Numbered from the stretch's first letter, positions 1-9,348 are shown. The stretch: DNA of 60,201 bases from an uncultured Thermotogae bacterium (GCA_964528085.1 CAZGRE010000001.1:20633-80833); one strand, 5' to 3'. Notes: generated from the letters alone by a model not told the origin. Program-made: numbers and translations.

Positions 1-137
1 CCGTCGTTCCACTGCTCGATCGGCCTCAGGTATCCGACGATGCGCGAATAGACCTCCGCCTTCTGCCTTCTCTCCTCCGGGATCACCGTCCCGTCATCGA
101 GGATCAGGTTGCCGGCCTCATCTTCTTTGTAGTTCAA
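1..137 (-). CDS. Glycyl-radical C-terminal segment of class III ribonucleotide reductase, in the +1 frame relative to the nrdD body; partial, runs off the window edge
   Basis: My own minus-strand translation from TTG 137-135 gives LNYKEDEAGNLILDDGTVIPEERRQKAEVYSRIVGYLRPIEQWNDG. RIVGY followed by WNxG is the NrdD glycyl-radical signature. The frame opens after TAA at 143-141. Confidence 0.6.
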   Translation of the reverse strand, partial: MNYKEDEAGNLILDDGTVIPEERRQKAEVYSRIVGYLRPIEQWND

Positions 138-2166
138 CCTTTACACCCCTTTGCGAAACGTTCTCCTTGAACCGTTCTACCAATTCCTCATCACATTTAG
201 GGCAGTACCTGTGCTCCCCTGGGATATACCCGTGCTTCGGGCAGACGGAGAAGGTGGGGGTGAGTGTGTAATAAGGGAGACGGAAGTTCTCGGCGATCTT
301 GCGGACGAGCCGCTTCGCCGCCTCAGGGGTGGGGGTCCGCTCCCCGAGAAACCCGTGGAAGACCGTCCCGCCGGTGTAGCGGGTCTGAAGCGGATCCTGA
401 AGGGTGAGCGCCTCGAACAGGTCGGTCGTGAAGCCGACGGGTAAGTGGGTGGAGTTCGTGTAATAAGGGGTATCCCCGCCGTAGACCTCGAGGTTGTATA
501 TCCGGATGTCCGGGTAGCGCTCGATATCCTTCTTCGCCAGCCGGTAGCTCGCACCCTCGGCCGGGGTCGCCTCAAGATTGAAGATATCACCCGTCTCCTC
601 CTGGAAATCGGCGAGCCGCTCCCGCATGAAGTCGAGGACGCGGGCGGCGAAGTCGAGCCCTTCGGGGTCGGCGATCGATGAACCGTAGAGATTGAGGATC
701 GCCTCGTTCATCCCGATCACCCCGATCGTCGAGAAGTGATTCCGCCAGTACCCCCCCTCCGCCTCCTTGATCCGATCGAGGTAGAAGCGCGAGTACGGGT
801 AAAGCCCGCCTTCGGTCAGGGATTCGAGCGTCTTCCGCTTGATGATCAGGGCCTCCTTCGCCAGCTCCATCAGCCTCTCGAGCCGGGCGAGGAACTCCGC
901 CTCATCGGAGGAAAGGTAGCCGAGGCGGGGGAGGTTTATGGTGACGACCCCGATCGAACCGGTCAGCGGGTTCGCACCGAACAGCCCCCCGCCGCGCGCC
1001 CGCAGCTCGCGGTTGTCGATCCGCAGCCGGCAGCACATGCTCCGCGCGTCCTCAGGGCGCATGTCGCTCCCGATGAAATTGGAGAAGTACGGGATCCCGT
1101 AGCGGGCCGTCATCTCCCAGATCGGCTGAAGGACCGGGTTATCCCAGTCGAAATCCTCGGTGATGTTGTAGGTCGGGATCGGAAACGTGAACGGCCGACC
1201 GTGAGCATCCCCCTCGAGCATCACCTCGGCGAACGCCCGATTGAACAGGTCCATCTCCGGCTGATAGTCACGGTAGGTCGAGTCCTTCGTCACCCCGCCG
1301 ATGATCACCGGCTCATCGAGCATGTAGCGGGGGACCTTGATGTCCAAGGTGACGTTGGTGAACGGCGTCTGGAACCCGACCCGGGTCGGGACGTTCATGT
1401 TGTACACGAACTCCTGCAGGTTCTGGCGGACATCCTCGTAGGAGAGGTGGTCGGCCCGGATGAACGGGGCAAGGTAGGTATCGAGGTTGGAGAACGCCTG
1501 GGCACCGGCTGACTCACCTTGGAGGGTGTACATGAAATTCACGATCTGAAGGAGGGCGACGCGGAAGCGCTTCGCTGGCCGGGAGGCTACCTTCCCCCTC
1601 ACCCCGGAGAAGCCGCGGAGGAGAAGGTCGCGGAGATCCCAACCGACGCAGTACGCACCGAGCGTCCCGAGATCGTGGATGTGAAAGTCGCCGCTGACGT
1701 GGGCCCGCCTTATCTGAACCGGATAGATCTTGTTCAGCCAGTACTGGGATATGATCCTATCGGTTATATGGGTGTTCAGGCCCTGGAGGGAGAACGTCAT
1801 GTTGCTGTTCTCCCGTACCCTCCAGTCCCGATCGCGGAGGTAGTCCTCGACCAGCGGCATCTCGTAGAAGAGCCCCTTCATCTCGCGGAGGTCCTCGCGT
1901 TGCTTCCGATAGAGGATGTACGCCTTCACCGTACGCACAAGCCCGGCGGAGACGAGGATCTCCTCCACGACGTCCTGGATCTCCTCGACGGTCGGCCGCT
2001 CATCAGGGAAGCGTTGATTCAGGGCGAGGGTGACGCGGTCGGACAGGGTCTCAGCAAGGGGTTCATCCCCCTCGCCGACCTCCTGCATCGCCTTCCAGAT
2101 CGCATCCTTGATCTTTCCGGCGTCGAATGGAACGGAACGCCCGTTCCGCTTGACGATATAGTCCAT
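118..2166 (-). CDS. nrdD: Anaerobic ribonucleoside-triphosphate reductase (class III RNR) body: ATP-cone, catalytic core and Zn ribbon. It lacks the glycyl-radical loop in this frame.
   Basis: 682-aa ORF. N-terminal ATP-cone (MDYIVKRNGRSVPFDAGKIKDAI) and class III core motifs. The C-terminus has VCPKH...YCPKC, then the TGA stop at 120-118. Confidence 0.9.
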   Translation of the reverse strand: MDYIVKRNGRSVPFDAGKIKDAIWKAMQEVGEGDEPLAETLSDRVTLALNQRFPDERPTVEEIQDVVEEILVSAGLVRTVKAYILYRKQREDLREMKGLFYEMPLVEDYLRDRDWRVRENSNMTFSLQGLNTHITDRIISQYWLNKIYPVQIRRAHVSGDFHIHDLGTLGAYCVGWDLRDLLLRGFSGVRGKVASRPAKRFRVALLQIVNFMYTLQGESAGAQAFSNLDTYLAPFIRADHLSYEDVRQNLQEFVYNMNVPTRVGFQTPFTNVTLDIKVPRYMLDEPVIIGGVTKDSTYRDYQPEMDLFNRAFAEVMLEGDAHGRPFTFPIPTYNITEDFDWDNPVLQPIWEMTARYGIPYFSNFIGSDMRPEDARSMCCRLRIDNRELRARGGGLFGANPLTGSIGVVTINLPRLGYLSSDEAEFLARLERLMELAKEALIIKRKTLESLTEGGLYPYSRFYLDRIKEAEGGYWRNHFSTIGVIGMNEAILNLYGSSIADPEGLDFAARVLDFMRERLADFQEETGDIFNLEATPAEGASYRLAKKDIERYPDIRIYNLEVYGGDTPYYTNSTHLPVGFTTDLFEALTLQDPLQTRYTGGTVFHGFLGERTPTPEAAKRLVRKIAENFRLPYYTLTPTFSVCPKHGYIPGEHRYCPKCDEELVERFKENVSQRGVKVELQRR

Positions 2167-2429
2167 CTCCCCCTCACCTCGAATCGGAAAACCGGAACCT
2201 CATCCTAGCAAGACGAAGGGGGAATGACAATCCCCTCCCCGCTTCAGAAAGGGGCGGAAGGAGGCTTATCTAGAGCGAGCCGCCCCCTGCGACCCGATGA
2301 ACAGGACAACCGTCACGGTAAAGGAACGGCCATCCGGACGAAGGCGAACCGGGACCGATGCGGCCTCTTGATTCCCGCCACCTCTCTCGATACCATCATC
2401 CGTCGTCTTACATAACGGGAGATTAAGAG

Positions 2430-2699
2430 GTGATACAGATTCCGAACATCGCTTCAGCGGCGAAACGCCTGCGGCAGAGCGAGGAGCGCCGTGGCCGCAA
2501 CCGGGCGAGAAAGGCCGCGATCAAGAGGACAATAAAGCAGATCCGCCGCTGTATCGAGGCGGGGGACAAGGAGGGTGCTCTCTCCCTCCTCCCCCAGCTC
2601 GCCAAAGCGACCGACAAAGCGGCCAAACGGAACACCATCCACAAGAACAAGGCCGCACGGATCAAGTCCCGCTGGATGAGAAAGGTCCAGGCTCTGTAA
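2430..2699 (+). CDS. rpsT: 30S ribosomal protein S20
   Basis: IPNIASAAKRLRQSEERRGRNRARKAAIKRTIK matches the S20 N-terminus. The start codon is ambiguous: GTG 2430 or in-frame ATT 2439. Confidence 0.9.
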   Translation: MIQIPNIASAAKRLRQSEERRGRNRARKAAIKRTIKQIRRCIEAGDKEGALSLLPQLAKATDKAAKRNTIHKNKAARIKSRWMRKVQAL

Positions 2700-2712
2700 G
2701 GAGGGATCCGCA

Positions 2713-3615
2713 GTGCGGCACTTCGATTTCCTCGGGAAGGCGAAGTACTTCGTCCCCGTATCGATTCTTCTCGTTGCAGTAAGCGCCATATTCGTAATCC
2801 CCCAGGTCCACGGGTTGAAGATGGGGATCGACTTCACCGGCGGGACCCAATTCACGGTGAAGTTCAGCGAGCCGGTCGACACGGCGGAGATCAGAAGGAT
2901 GCTCGGGGAGATCGACTCGGGTGGGATCGACCTGACGAAGAGCGTAATCCAGGATGTAAAGGGGAAGAACACGAAGGTCATCACCACCCAGCTGTTGAAC
3001 GTGGAGAAGGACAAGCGGGTGATCGACCGGATCGAAGCGACGCTCAAAAGTGAGTTCCCGGTCGAGGATATAAGCCGCCGGCTGATCGGCGAGCAGGTCA
3101 GCCGGGAGCTCGCGGAGAAGGGATGGCAGGCGATCCTCCTCGCCTTCGTCGCGATCTTGATCTACGTCTCGTGGCGGTTCCGCCTCAGGTACGCGGTCGG
3201 GGCAGTCGTCGCCCTGATACACGATGTGACGATCGCCCTCGGGATCTTCGCCATCTTCGGGATTGAGATAAACCTCGCCACGATCGCCGCGTTCTTGACG
3301 ATCATCGGGTATTCGCTCAACGATACGATCGTCATCTTCGACCGGATAAGAGAGAACCTGAAGATTGAACGGAAGAAGGGGATCTTCGAGGTGATAAACC
3401 TAAGCGTCAATCAGTCGCTCTCCCGAACGCTGAACACCTCGATAACGACGTTCATCCCGGTCGTCATCCTCTTCCTGTTCGGGGGGAGCGTCCTCCGTGG
3501 CTTCTCGCTCGCCCTTTTGATCGGCGTGATCGTTGGGACCTACTCCTCGATGTACATCGCCAACCCGATCCTCTACGCCTGGGCGAAGAAGGCCGGAAGA
3601 ACGAAGAGGGGCTAA
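2713..3615 (+). CDS. secF: Protein-export membrane protein SecF
   Basis: 300 aa. GIDFTGGTQF motif and a C-terminal multi-TM SecD/SecF domain. SD AAGGAGGG lies 7 nt before the GTG start. Confidence 0.9.
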   Translation: MRHFDFLGKAKYFVPVSILLVAVSAIFVIPQVHGLKMGIDFTGGTQFTVKFSEPVDTAEIRRMLGEIDSGGIDLTKSVIQDVKGKNTKVITTQLLNVEKDKRVIDRIEATLKSEFPVEDISRRLIGEQVSRELAEKGWQAILLAFVAILIYVSWRFRLRYAVGAVVALIHDVTIALGIFAIFGIEINLATIAAFLTIIGYSLNDTIVIFDRIRENLKIERKKGIFEVINLSVNQSLSRTLNTSITTFIPVVILFLFGGSVLRGFSLALLIGVIVGTYSSMYIANPILYAWAKKAGRTKRG

Positions 3616-5339
3616 TGAGATCGATCCTCCGTGAGGGGAGGGAGTGGAGGATAGCCCCTCCTCCGGATGAGACCCTCGTCGGAACGATTCAACGATCCCT
3701 CGACTGTTCACGACCGTTCGCCGTCCTCCTCGCCCAGCGGGGAGGGGATTCGTGGGAGGGGTTGATCGACCCGGATCGAAGCAGCTTTCATTCCCCGTTT
3801 GAGCTTCCCGACATGGAGCGGGCGATCCTCCGGATCAGGGAGGCGATCGAGCGGAAGGAGAAGGTCTTCATCCACGGGGATTTCGATGTCGACGGCCTCT
3901 CCGGCGCCGCCGTCCTCTACCGCGGCCTCCGCCCCCTCTTCCCTCCGAACTCGATAAAGGTGGAGGTCGGCGATCGCCTCCACGGGCACGGTCCATCGCA
4001 CCCGTTCGTCATGCGGGCGATCGACGAGGGGTTCTCCCTCGTCATAACGGTCGACTGCGGGGTAGGGAGCCACGATGAGATCGCCGAGCTCTCCCGGGCG
4101 GGGATCGACACGATCGTCACCGACCACCACCTCCCAGCCGGCGAGCTCCCCCCGGCTGTGGCGATCGTCGACCCGCACCGATCGGAGAGCACCTACCCGA
4201 ACCGGCACCTCGCCGGGGTCGGGGTTGCGTACAAGCTGATCGAGGGACTCCACTCCCGGCTCGGGGACCCTCCCCCCCGCCATCTCCTCGACCTCGTCGC
4301 CCTGGGTACGGTCGCCGACCTCGTCCCGCTTTCGAGCGACGGGGATAGCGAAAACCGCGCCATCGTTCGGGAGGGATTCTCGTTGATCGCGGATGGGAAT
4401 GGATCGTCCCTCGGGATCCGAGAGCTCCTCTCCCGGTTCTCGATCAACCCGAAGAAGATGACGACATCGGACATCGGGTACCTTGTCGCCCCGAAGCTGA
4501 ACGCCGCCAACCGGGCCGGGGATCCGAAGGTCGCGTTCCTCCTCTTGATCACCGAGGATCCGGAGAAGGCATCCTACCTGGCCGAGATCCTCCTCGACTA
4601 CAACCGGGACAGGGAAATCGCCCAGAACGACCTCCTCGCCCAGGCTGAGGGGATGATCCGCAGCGGAGGGATGGATCCGCGGGATTCGGGGTTCGTCTTC
4701 ATCGTGGGGGATTACTGGAACGAGGGGATCCTCGGGCTCGTCGCATCAAACCTGACCGAGCGCTACCGCGTCCCGTCGGTCGTCCTGTCGCGGGGGGAGA
4801 GGATCAGCCGCGGCTCATGCCGGAGCATCGGGGATTTCGACGTCACCGCCTGCCTCAAGGCGAATGCCGACCTCCTCCTCCAGTACGGGGGACACCGGAT
4901 GGCGGCCGGCTTCTCGATCGCCACCGATGCGATCGAGAAGCTCGAGGAGAGGCTCGAGTCATACATCGCCGCCCACCGCTCGGAGATCCTGGCGCTTGCG
5001 CCGGAGAGGATCGATACCACGGCCGACCTCCATGAGATTGACACCCGCCTGTACACCGAGCTCGCCTCCCTCTCCCCGTACGGGCCGGGGAATCCGCCGC
5101 CAACGTTCCTATTGCAGGGCTGCGCCTTTCAGGGGCTCACCCTCGTCGGGAACCGGCGCCAGCACCTTAAAGGGAGGATCGTCCAGGGGGAGAACTCCCT
5201 CCCGTTCATCGCATTCCGAATGGGGAGATACCTGAGCCGGTTCGAGGAAGGAGAAGGCACCTCCCTGATCTTCCGTGTCGGCTTCGACGATTGGCAGGGA
5301 TCCGTCCAGGTGCAGGGGATCGACCTCGTCGCCGACTGA
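3615..5339 (+). CDS. recJ: Single-stranded-DNA-specific exonuclease RecJ
   Basis: DHH motifs (FIHGDFDVDGLSGAAVL, ITVDCG, VTDHH) and a DHHA1 GGHRMAAGF motif. The start shares 1 nt with the secF stop. Confidence 0.9.
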   Translation: MRSILREGREWRIAPPPDETLVGTIQRSLDCSRPFAVLLAQRGGDSWEGLIDPDRSSFHSPFELPDMERAILRIREAIERKEKVFIHGDFDVDGLSGAAVLYRGLRPLFPPNSIKVEVGDRLHGHGPSHPFVMRAIDEGFSLVITVDCGVGSHDEIAELSRAGIDTIVTDHHLPAGELPPAVAIVDPHRSESTYPNRHLAGVGVAYKLIEGLHSRLGDPPPRHLLDLVALGTVADLVPLSSDGDSENRAIVREGFSLIADGNGSSLGIRELLSRFSINPKKMTTSDIGYLVAPKLNAANRAGDPKVAFLLLITEDPEKASYLAEILLDYNRDREIAQNDLLAQAEGMIRSGGMDPRDSGFVFIVGDYWNEGILGLVASNLTERYRVPSVVLSRGERISRGSCRSIGDFDVTACLKANADLLLQYGGHRMAAGFSIATDAIEKLEERLESYIAAHRSEILALAPERIDTTADLHEIDTRLYTELASLSPYGPGNPPPTFLLQGCAFQGLTLVGNRRQHLKGRIVQGENSLPFIAFRMGRYLSRFEEGEGTSLIFRVGFDDWQGSVQVQGIDLVAD

Positions 5340-6695
5340 TCACTTCCCGACGCAGAACCGAGAGAAGATGCGATCGAGGATCGCCTCGCTGAGATCGATC
5401 CCCTGAAGCTCGCCGCTCGCCCTGTACGCTTCACGGAGCTCCTCGGCGACCATGTCGGGGGATCCCCCTCCCTCTATCGCTCGGATCCCCCGCGATACCG
5501 CATCGTTCAGCCGCCGGAGGAGATCCCGCTCCCAGGTGTCGAGGAGGAGGATCGTATTCCGCGCTGGTAGCTTCCCTCCGATCAAAAGATCGAGGATCGT
5601 CGAGCGGAGACGATCTATCCCATCCCCTTTCTCGGCCGACACGGTGACCTTGCACCACGGGAGGGCCGGGAGATCACCGATCCGGGAAGGTAGATCGGAC
5701 TTGTTCAGGACGAGGACGACGGGGATACCCCATTCCTCGGCGAGGAGCCGGCGATCCTCGTCGGCCAGCGGCTCGCTCCTATCGAGAACGAGGAGGAGGA
5801 GATCGGCGCGGTTCACCGCCTCGCGCGCCCGGACGACCCCCTCCTCCTCGACCGGACCGGTCGGCTCGCGGAGGCCGGCCGTGTCGATCAGGCGGACAGG
5901 GACGCCTCCGATCCCCGTCTCCCCCTCGACCGTATCCCGGGTCGTCCCGGGGATCGGGGTGACGATCGCCCGCCGCTCGGAGAGGATCGCATTGAGAAGG
6001 GTCGATTTCCCGACGTTCGGCCGACCGATGATCGCGACCGTCAGCCCCTCACGCACCGCCCTGCCATCCTCGGCGAGTTGCAAAAGGTCGGCTACCCGCT
6101 TAGCCATCCGGGTGAGGGGCTCAACGAGACGGGCGACGTCCGCCTCGAAATCGGGGAAATCGAGCCCCACCTCCAACTCAGCGAGGAGCCTCCCCAACCC
6201 CTCGCGGACCCCGGCGATCGCCGTCGAGAACCTACCTTCGAGCCGATCGACGGCCGCCTCCAGACCGAGGGGGGTCTTCGCCCGGACGATGTCGAGGACG
6301 GCCTGCGCCTGGTCGAGGGATATCCGGCCGTTCAGGAACGCCCGCTTCGTAAACTCCCCCGGACCGGCGGTCCTCGCCCCGCCGGCGAGGACCGCATCGA
6401 GGATGGAGCGGGTCGCAACGATCCCGCCGTGGGAGTCGATCTCGACTACGTCCTCGCGCGTGTAGCTCCTCGGGGCGCGCATCACCGCCACGAGGACCTC
6501 GTCGAGGAGACGGCCGTCGCGGAGGATGTGCCCGTAGCGGAGGGTGTGAGAGGGAACATCGGACAGGCTCACCCCGTCGGCGGGGCGGAACAACCGATCG
6601 ACGATCGGGATCGAGCCCGGCCCGCTCAACCGGACGATCCCGATCCCCCCCTCCCCCAGCGGGGTGGAGAGGGCGGCGATCGTGTCACCGATCAT
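5340..6695 (-). CDS. mnmE: tRNA modification GTPase MnmE (TrmE)
   Basis: 451 aa. G-domain GRPNVGKSTLLN, DTAG, NKSD. C-terminal FCVGK tetrapeptide typical of MnmE. Confidence 0.92.
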   Translation of the reverse strand: MIGDTIAALSTPLGEGGIGIVRLSGPGSIPIVDRLFRPADGVSLSDVPSHTLRYGHILRDGRLLDEVLVAVMRAPRSYTREDVVEIDSHGGIVATRSILDAVLAGGARTAGPGEFTKRAFLNGRISLDQAQAVLDIVRAKTPLGLEAAVDRLEGRFSTAIAGVREGLGRLLAELEVGLDFPDFEADVARLVEPLTRMAKRVADLLQLAEDGRAVREGLTVAIIGRPNVGKSTLLNAILSERRAIVTPIPGTTRDTVEGETGIGGVPVRLIDTAGLREPTGPVEEEGVVRAREAVNRADLLLLVLDRSEPLADEDRRLLAEEWGIPVVLVLNKSDLPSRIGDLPALPWCKVTVSAEKGDGIDRLRSTILDLLIGGKLPARNTILLLDTWERDLLRRLNDAVSRGIRAIEGGGSPDMVAEELREAYRASGELQGIDLSEAILDRIFSRFCVGK

Positions 6696-7134
6696 CCGGT
6701 TCGATCACCACCCGGCGGTTCTCACCCTCGCCGACGCTGTGCGTCCGCACCCCCGGGTAGTTGGCCAACGTGACGTGAATCGTACGCCGCTCGTGCGCCG
6801 GCATCGCGTTCAACCGGACGCGCTTGTGCTCGCGGACGACGGCCTCGGCCGTCGACAGGGCGAACCGGATCAGCTCGGCCCTCCTCCGCTTCACCGCCCC
6901 GTTTATGTCGAGGACGATCTCGGCCTCCCTCCCAGTCCGCCGGCGGATAGCACCGCGGAGGAGGTGTTCGAGGGCGGTCAGCACCGGCCTCTCTTCCGGA
7001 AGGGTGAACATGCTCCCGACGAGGTTGACGTACAGCCCATCGGGCGGCTCTTCCTCGATCTCGAAGGAGACGTCCTCCTCCAGGATCGAGATGAGCTCCT
7101 TCAGATAGGCCTCGACCTCATCCTTCATCTCCAT
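6685..7134 (-). CDS. jag: Jag/KhpB-type RNA-binding protein (KH + R3H domains)
   Basis: The R3H-like C-terminus (ERRTIHVTLANYPGVRTHSVGEGENRRVVIEP) and its position between yidC and mnmE support the call. The start is placed at ATG 7134, which has GGAGG 5 nt upstream; the track ORF extends to 7191. Confidence 0.8.
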   Translation of the reverse strand: MEMKDEVEAYLKELISILEEDVSFEIEEEPPDGLYVNLVGSMFTLPEERPVLTALEHLLRGAIRRRTGREAEIVLDINGAVKRRRAELIRFALSTAEAVVREHKRVRLNAMPAHERRTIHVTLANYPGVRTHSVGEGENRRVVIEPDDR

Positions 7135-8665
7135 CTTCCCCTCCGTCATCGGAGTCCGAGGTGTCCCCAGCGAGGGCAGGCTGGGCCTCATCGGTCCGCG
7201 CCATCTCCCAGTTCACGATCGCCTGTTGCCCGACCTGGGCTCCGGTCGTCAACAGGTAATAGAGCCAGAGGCCGGCCGGGAACCGCCAGAGAAGGACGGC
7301 CATGAAGATTGGAAAGACGTATCCGAAGTACTTTTGCCCTCCGGTTGTCTCCCCGGTCGGTTTCGGGGTCATCAGCCATTGCTGGAGGATCATCAACCCA
7401 GTGGTCAGAATGACGAGGATGAAGTACGGGTCGGGCCTGCTCAGATCGGGGACCCAGAGGAAGCCGGGGGAGAGGTGGATCAGCTCGCCGGAGTGGAGGA
7501 TCGCCCGCCAGATCAGGACGAGTATCGGAAGCTGGACGAGCATCGGTAGGCATCCCCCCATCGGGTTGACCCCCTCCTTCTTGTACAGCTCCATCATCTT
7601 CTGCTGAAGGAGCTGACGGTCGTCCTTGAACCGCTCCTGGATCCGCTTGAGCTTCGGCTGAAGCTTTTGCATCTTCGACATCGAGTGGTACTGCTTCCGC
7701 ATCAACGGGAAGAGGACGATCCTCGTCAGGAGGGTGAACAGGATGATCGCCCAGCCGTAGTTCCCGGTCGCCCGGTAGAGGGTCCCGAGGAACTGGATCA
7801 CCGGGATCATCAACCGCGCCCCGATGCCCGGTTCGTCGAGGGCGGCGAGCCCGGCCGCCTCCATCAGGAGGTATCTCCGCCTCCCACCGTAAAGGGAGTA
7901 ATGAAAGACGCTCGTACCCTGGGCTGCTACCATCGTCACCCCGAACCGTTCGCTCCCGGCTGGGGTCCTCTCAACGAACGGGGAGACCTCCTCTCCCCGC
8001 GGGGAGAGGAAGAAGACGATCGTCTTATCCATCAGCCCGATCCCATCGAACGAGGCATATGAGCCCGGGGCGAGGACGTCGGTCAGCGGCTCGCCATCGA
8101 AAATGTAGTGGAGGCTCGGCCCGCTGTTCCTCGGGATGTGCTCGCCGAGGAGCATCGACAACTGAAGCGGCGATCCCGTCCGATTATCGACTGTGAGCTT
8201 GCACTCGATCGTGTAGATCGCATCCGGATCGATCGTATATTCCTTCGTGATCGTCGCCGTCTCGAACTCCCCTACAAAGGTGATGACGAGCGCCCCGGAA
8301 TCGGTCCGCTCCGGTCCCTGGAGCGAATAGACCCCCTCCTCAAACCCCTCCCCTTGGATAGCAAACGGGAACTGCGCATCAGCCACGTACTGCCGCTCAA
8401 GCGTCTTCGGATCGGTCTTCGTCCCGGGGAGAAGCTCCACCACGGTCGATCCGTACGTGGTGAACGTGAGGAAGAGGCTCTTCATCACCCCTCCCTCCTC
8501 GGAGAAGATGTAATCAGCGAGAGGGGTTACAACCTCGATATCCGTTATGCCATCGTGCTCGTCACGGGAATAGGTGATACCACTCCCCGTCGCGGTCGAC
8601 ATCACCGAAACTGCGAGCAGGACAAAGAATACCGACCATACCAAACCGATACGCCGTTTTCCCAC
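7118..8665 (-). CDS. yidC: Membrane protein insertase YidC (long, diderm-type with periplasmic domain)
   Basis: 515 aa. Conserved core GNYGWAIILFTLLTRIVLFPLMRKQYHSMSKMQKLQPKLKRIQERFKDD. SD AGGAGGT precedes the GTG start. Confidence 0.9.
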   Translation of the reverse strand: MGKRRIGLVWSVFFVLLAVSVMSTATGSGITYSRDEHDGITDIEVVTPLADYIFSEEGGVMKSLFLTFTTYGSTVVELLPGTKTDPKTLERQYVADAQFPFAIQGEGFEEGVYSLQGPERTDSGALVITFVGEFETATITKEYTIDPDAIYTIECKLTVDNRTGSPLQLSMLLGEHIPRNSGPSLHYIFDGEPLTDVLAPGSYASFDGIGLMDKTIVFFLSPRGEEVSPFVERTPAGSERFGVTMVAAQGTSVFHYSLYGGRRRYLLMEAAGLAALDEPGIGARLMIPVIQFLGTLYRATGNYGWAIILFTLLTRIVLFPLMRKQYHSMSKMQKLQPKLKRIQERFKDDRQLLQQKMMELYKKEGVNPMGGCLPMLVQLPILVLIWRAILHSGELIHLSPGFLWVPDLSRPDPYFILVILTTGLMILQQWLMTPKPTGETTGGQKYFGYVFPIFMAVLLWRFPAGLWLYYLLTTGAQVGQQAIVNWEMARTDEAQPALAGDTSDSDDGGEDGDEG

Positions 8666-8757
8666 GGTGACCTCCTGAAAGGAAGGGTATCGCGGAGAAA
8701 ACGGAGTTGCAACTCCGTTGAACAGGGCATTCCGATCCGATACACTCGTCCCTGTCG

Positions 8758-9348
8758 ATGTTCACGGGGATCGTACAGGGTCTTGGAGTCCTCCGCAGGA
8801 GGAGCCCGGGTGAGGTCGAGATCGGCCTTCCATCCTCGGTGCGCGACCGTCTTGAGATCGGAGGGAGCATCGCGGTGAACGGGGTCTGCCTGACGGTGAA
8901 AGGGGTCACCGATGGATCGTTCCGAGCCGACATCTCCCCTGAGACGCTGGCGCGGACGACCCTCGGCCGGATTCGGACGGAGGAGAGGGTGAACCTCGAG
9001 CTCCCCCTCACGCTCAGCGCTCCCCTCGACGGACACCTCGTCCTCGGCCACGTCGACGCGATCGGCCGGATCGCGGCGTTCTACCGCGAGCGGGAGGGAT
9101 TCGCCCTGATCGTCTCGTATCCCTCGGAGTACCGCCGATACGTGGTGGAGAAGGGATCGATCGCCGTCGATGGGATAAGCCTCACCCCGTACGCCATCGA
9201 TGGGAATACGTTCCGGTGTGCCGTGATCGAGGAGACGTACGAAAGGACGAATCTGAAGGAGAGAAAGAGCGGGGATCCGGTGAACCTTGAGTTTGACATC
9301 ATGGCGAAATACATCGAGGGGATGATCCGAATTGTTCATCGCGATTGA
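8758..9348 (+). CDS. ribE: Riboflavin synthase alpha chain
   Basis: [10 protein letters not shown] start, with the duplicated lumazine-binding repeats ([13 protein letters not shown] and [12 protein letters not shown]). Confidence 0.9.
   Translation: MFTGIVQGLGVLRRRSPGEVEIGLPSSVRDRLEIGGSIAVNGVCLTVKGVTDGSFRADISPETLARTTLGRIRTEERVNLELPLTLSAPLDGHLVLGHVDAIGRIAAFYREREGFALIVSYPSEYRRYVVEKGSIAVDGISLTPYAIDGNTFRCAVIEETYERTNLKERKSGDPVNLEFDIMAKYIEGMIRIVHRD

Noticed and set aside
118-143. Programmed +1 ribosomal frameshift as the explanation for the nrdD frame change
   Set aside because: No slippery or re-pairing site is visible in the 20-nt overlap (gta aag gtt gaa cta caa aga aga tga). It is kept only as the least likely alternative in the nrdD finding.
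736-2208. Long plus-strand ORFs (736..1512 and 1519..2208) antisense to nrdD. There are similar long antisense ORFs elsewhere: 8602..9471, 11381..12097, 15855..16700, 19103..19909, 25361..26566, 46201..47052, 50488..51387, 54147..55286 and 59074..60150.
   Set aside because: These are typical shadow ORFs of a GC-rich genome. They lie exactly opposite confidently identified genes, have Arg/Pro/Gly/Asp-rich low-complexity translations, and match no recognisable family.
2167-2429. Cobalamin riboswitch or NrdR boxes in the nrdD leader
   Set aside because: There is no B12 box (GCCACTG) or ordered GGGAA...GGTG...CCCGC core on the minus strand. There is no AT-rich 16-bp NrdR palindrome pair.
8666-8757. 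FMN riboswitch upstream of ribE
   Set aside because: The region is only 92 nt, is shared with the divergent yidC start, and lacks the conserved RFN core sequences.
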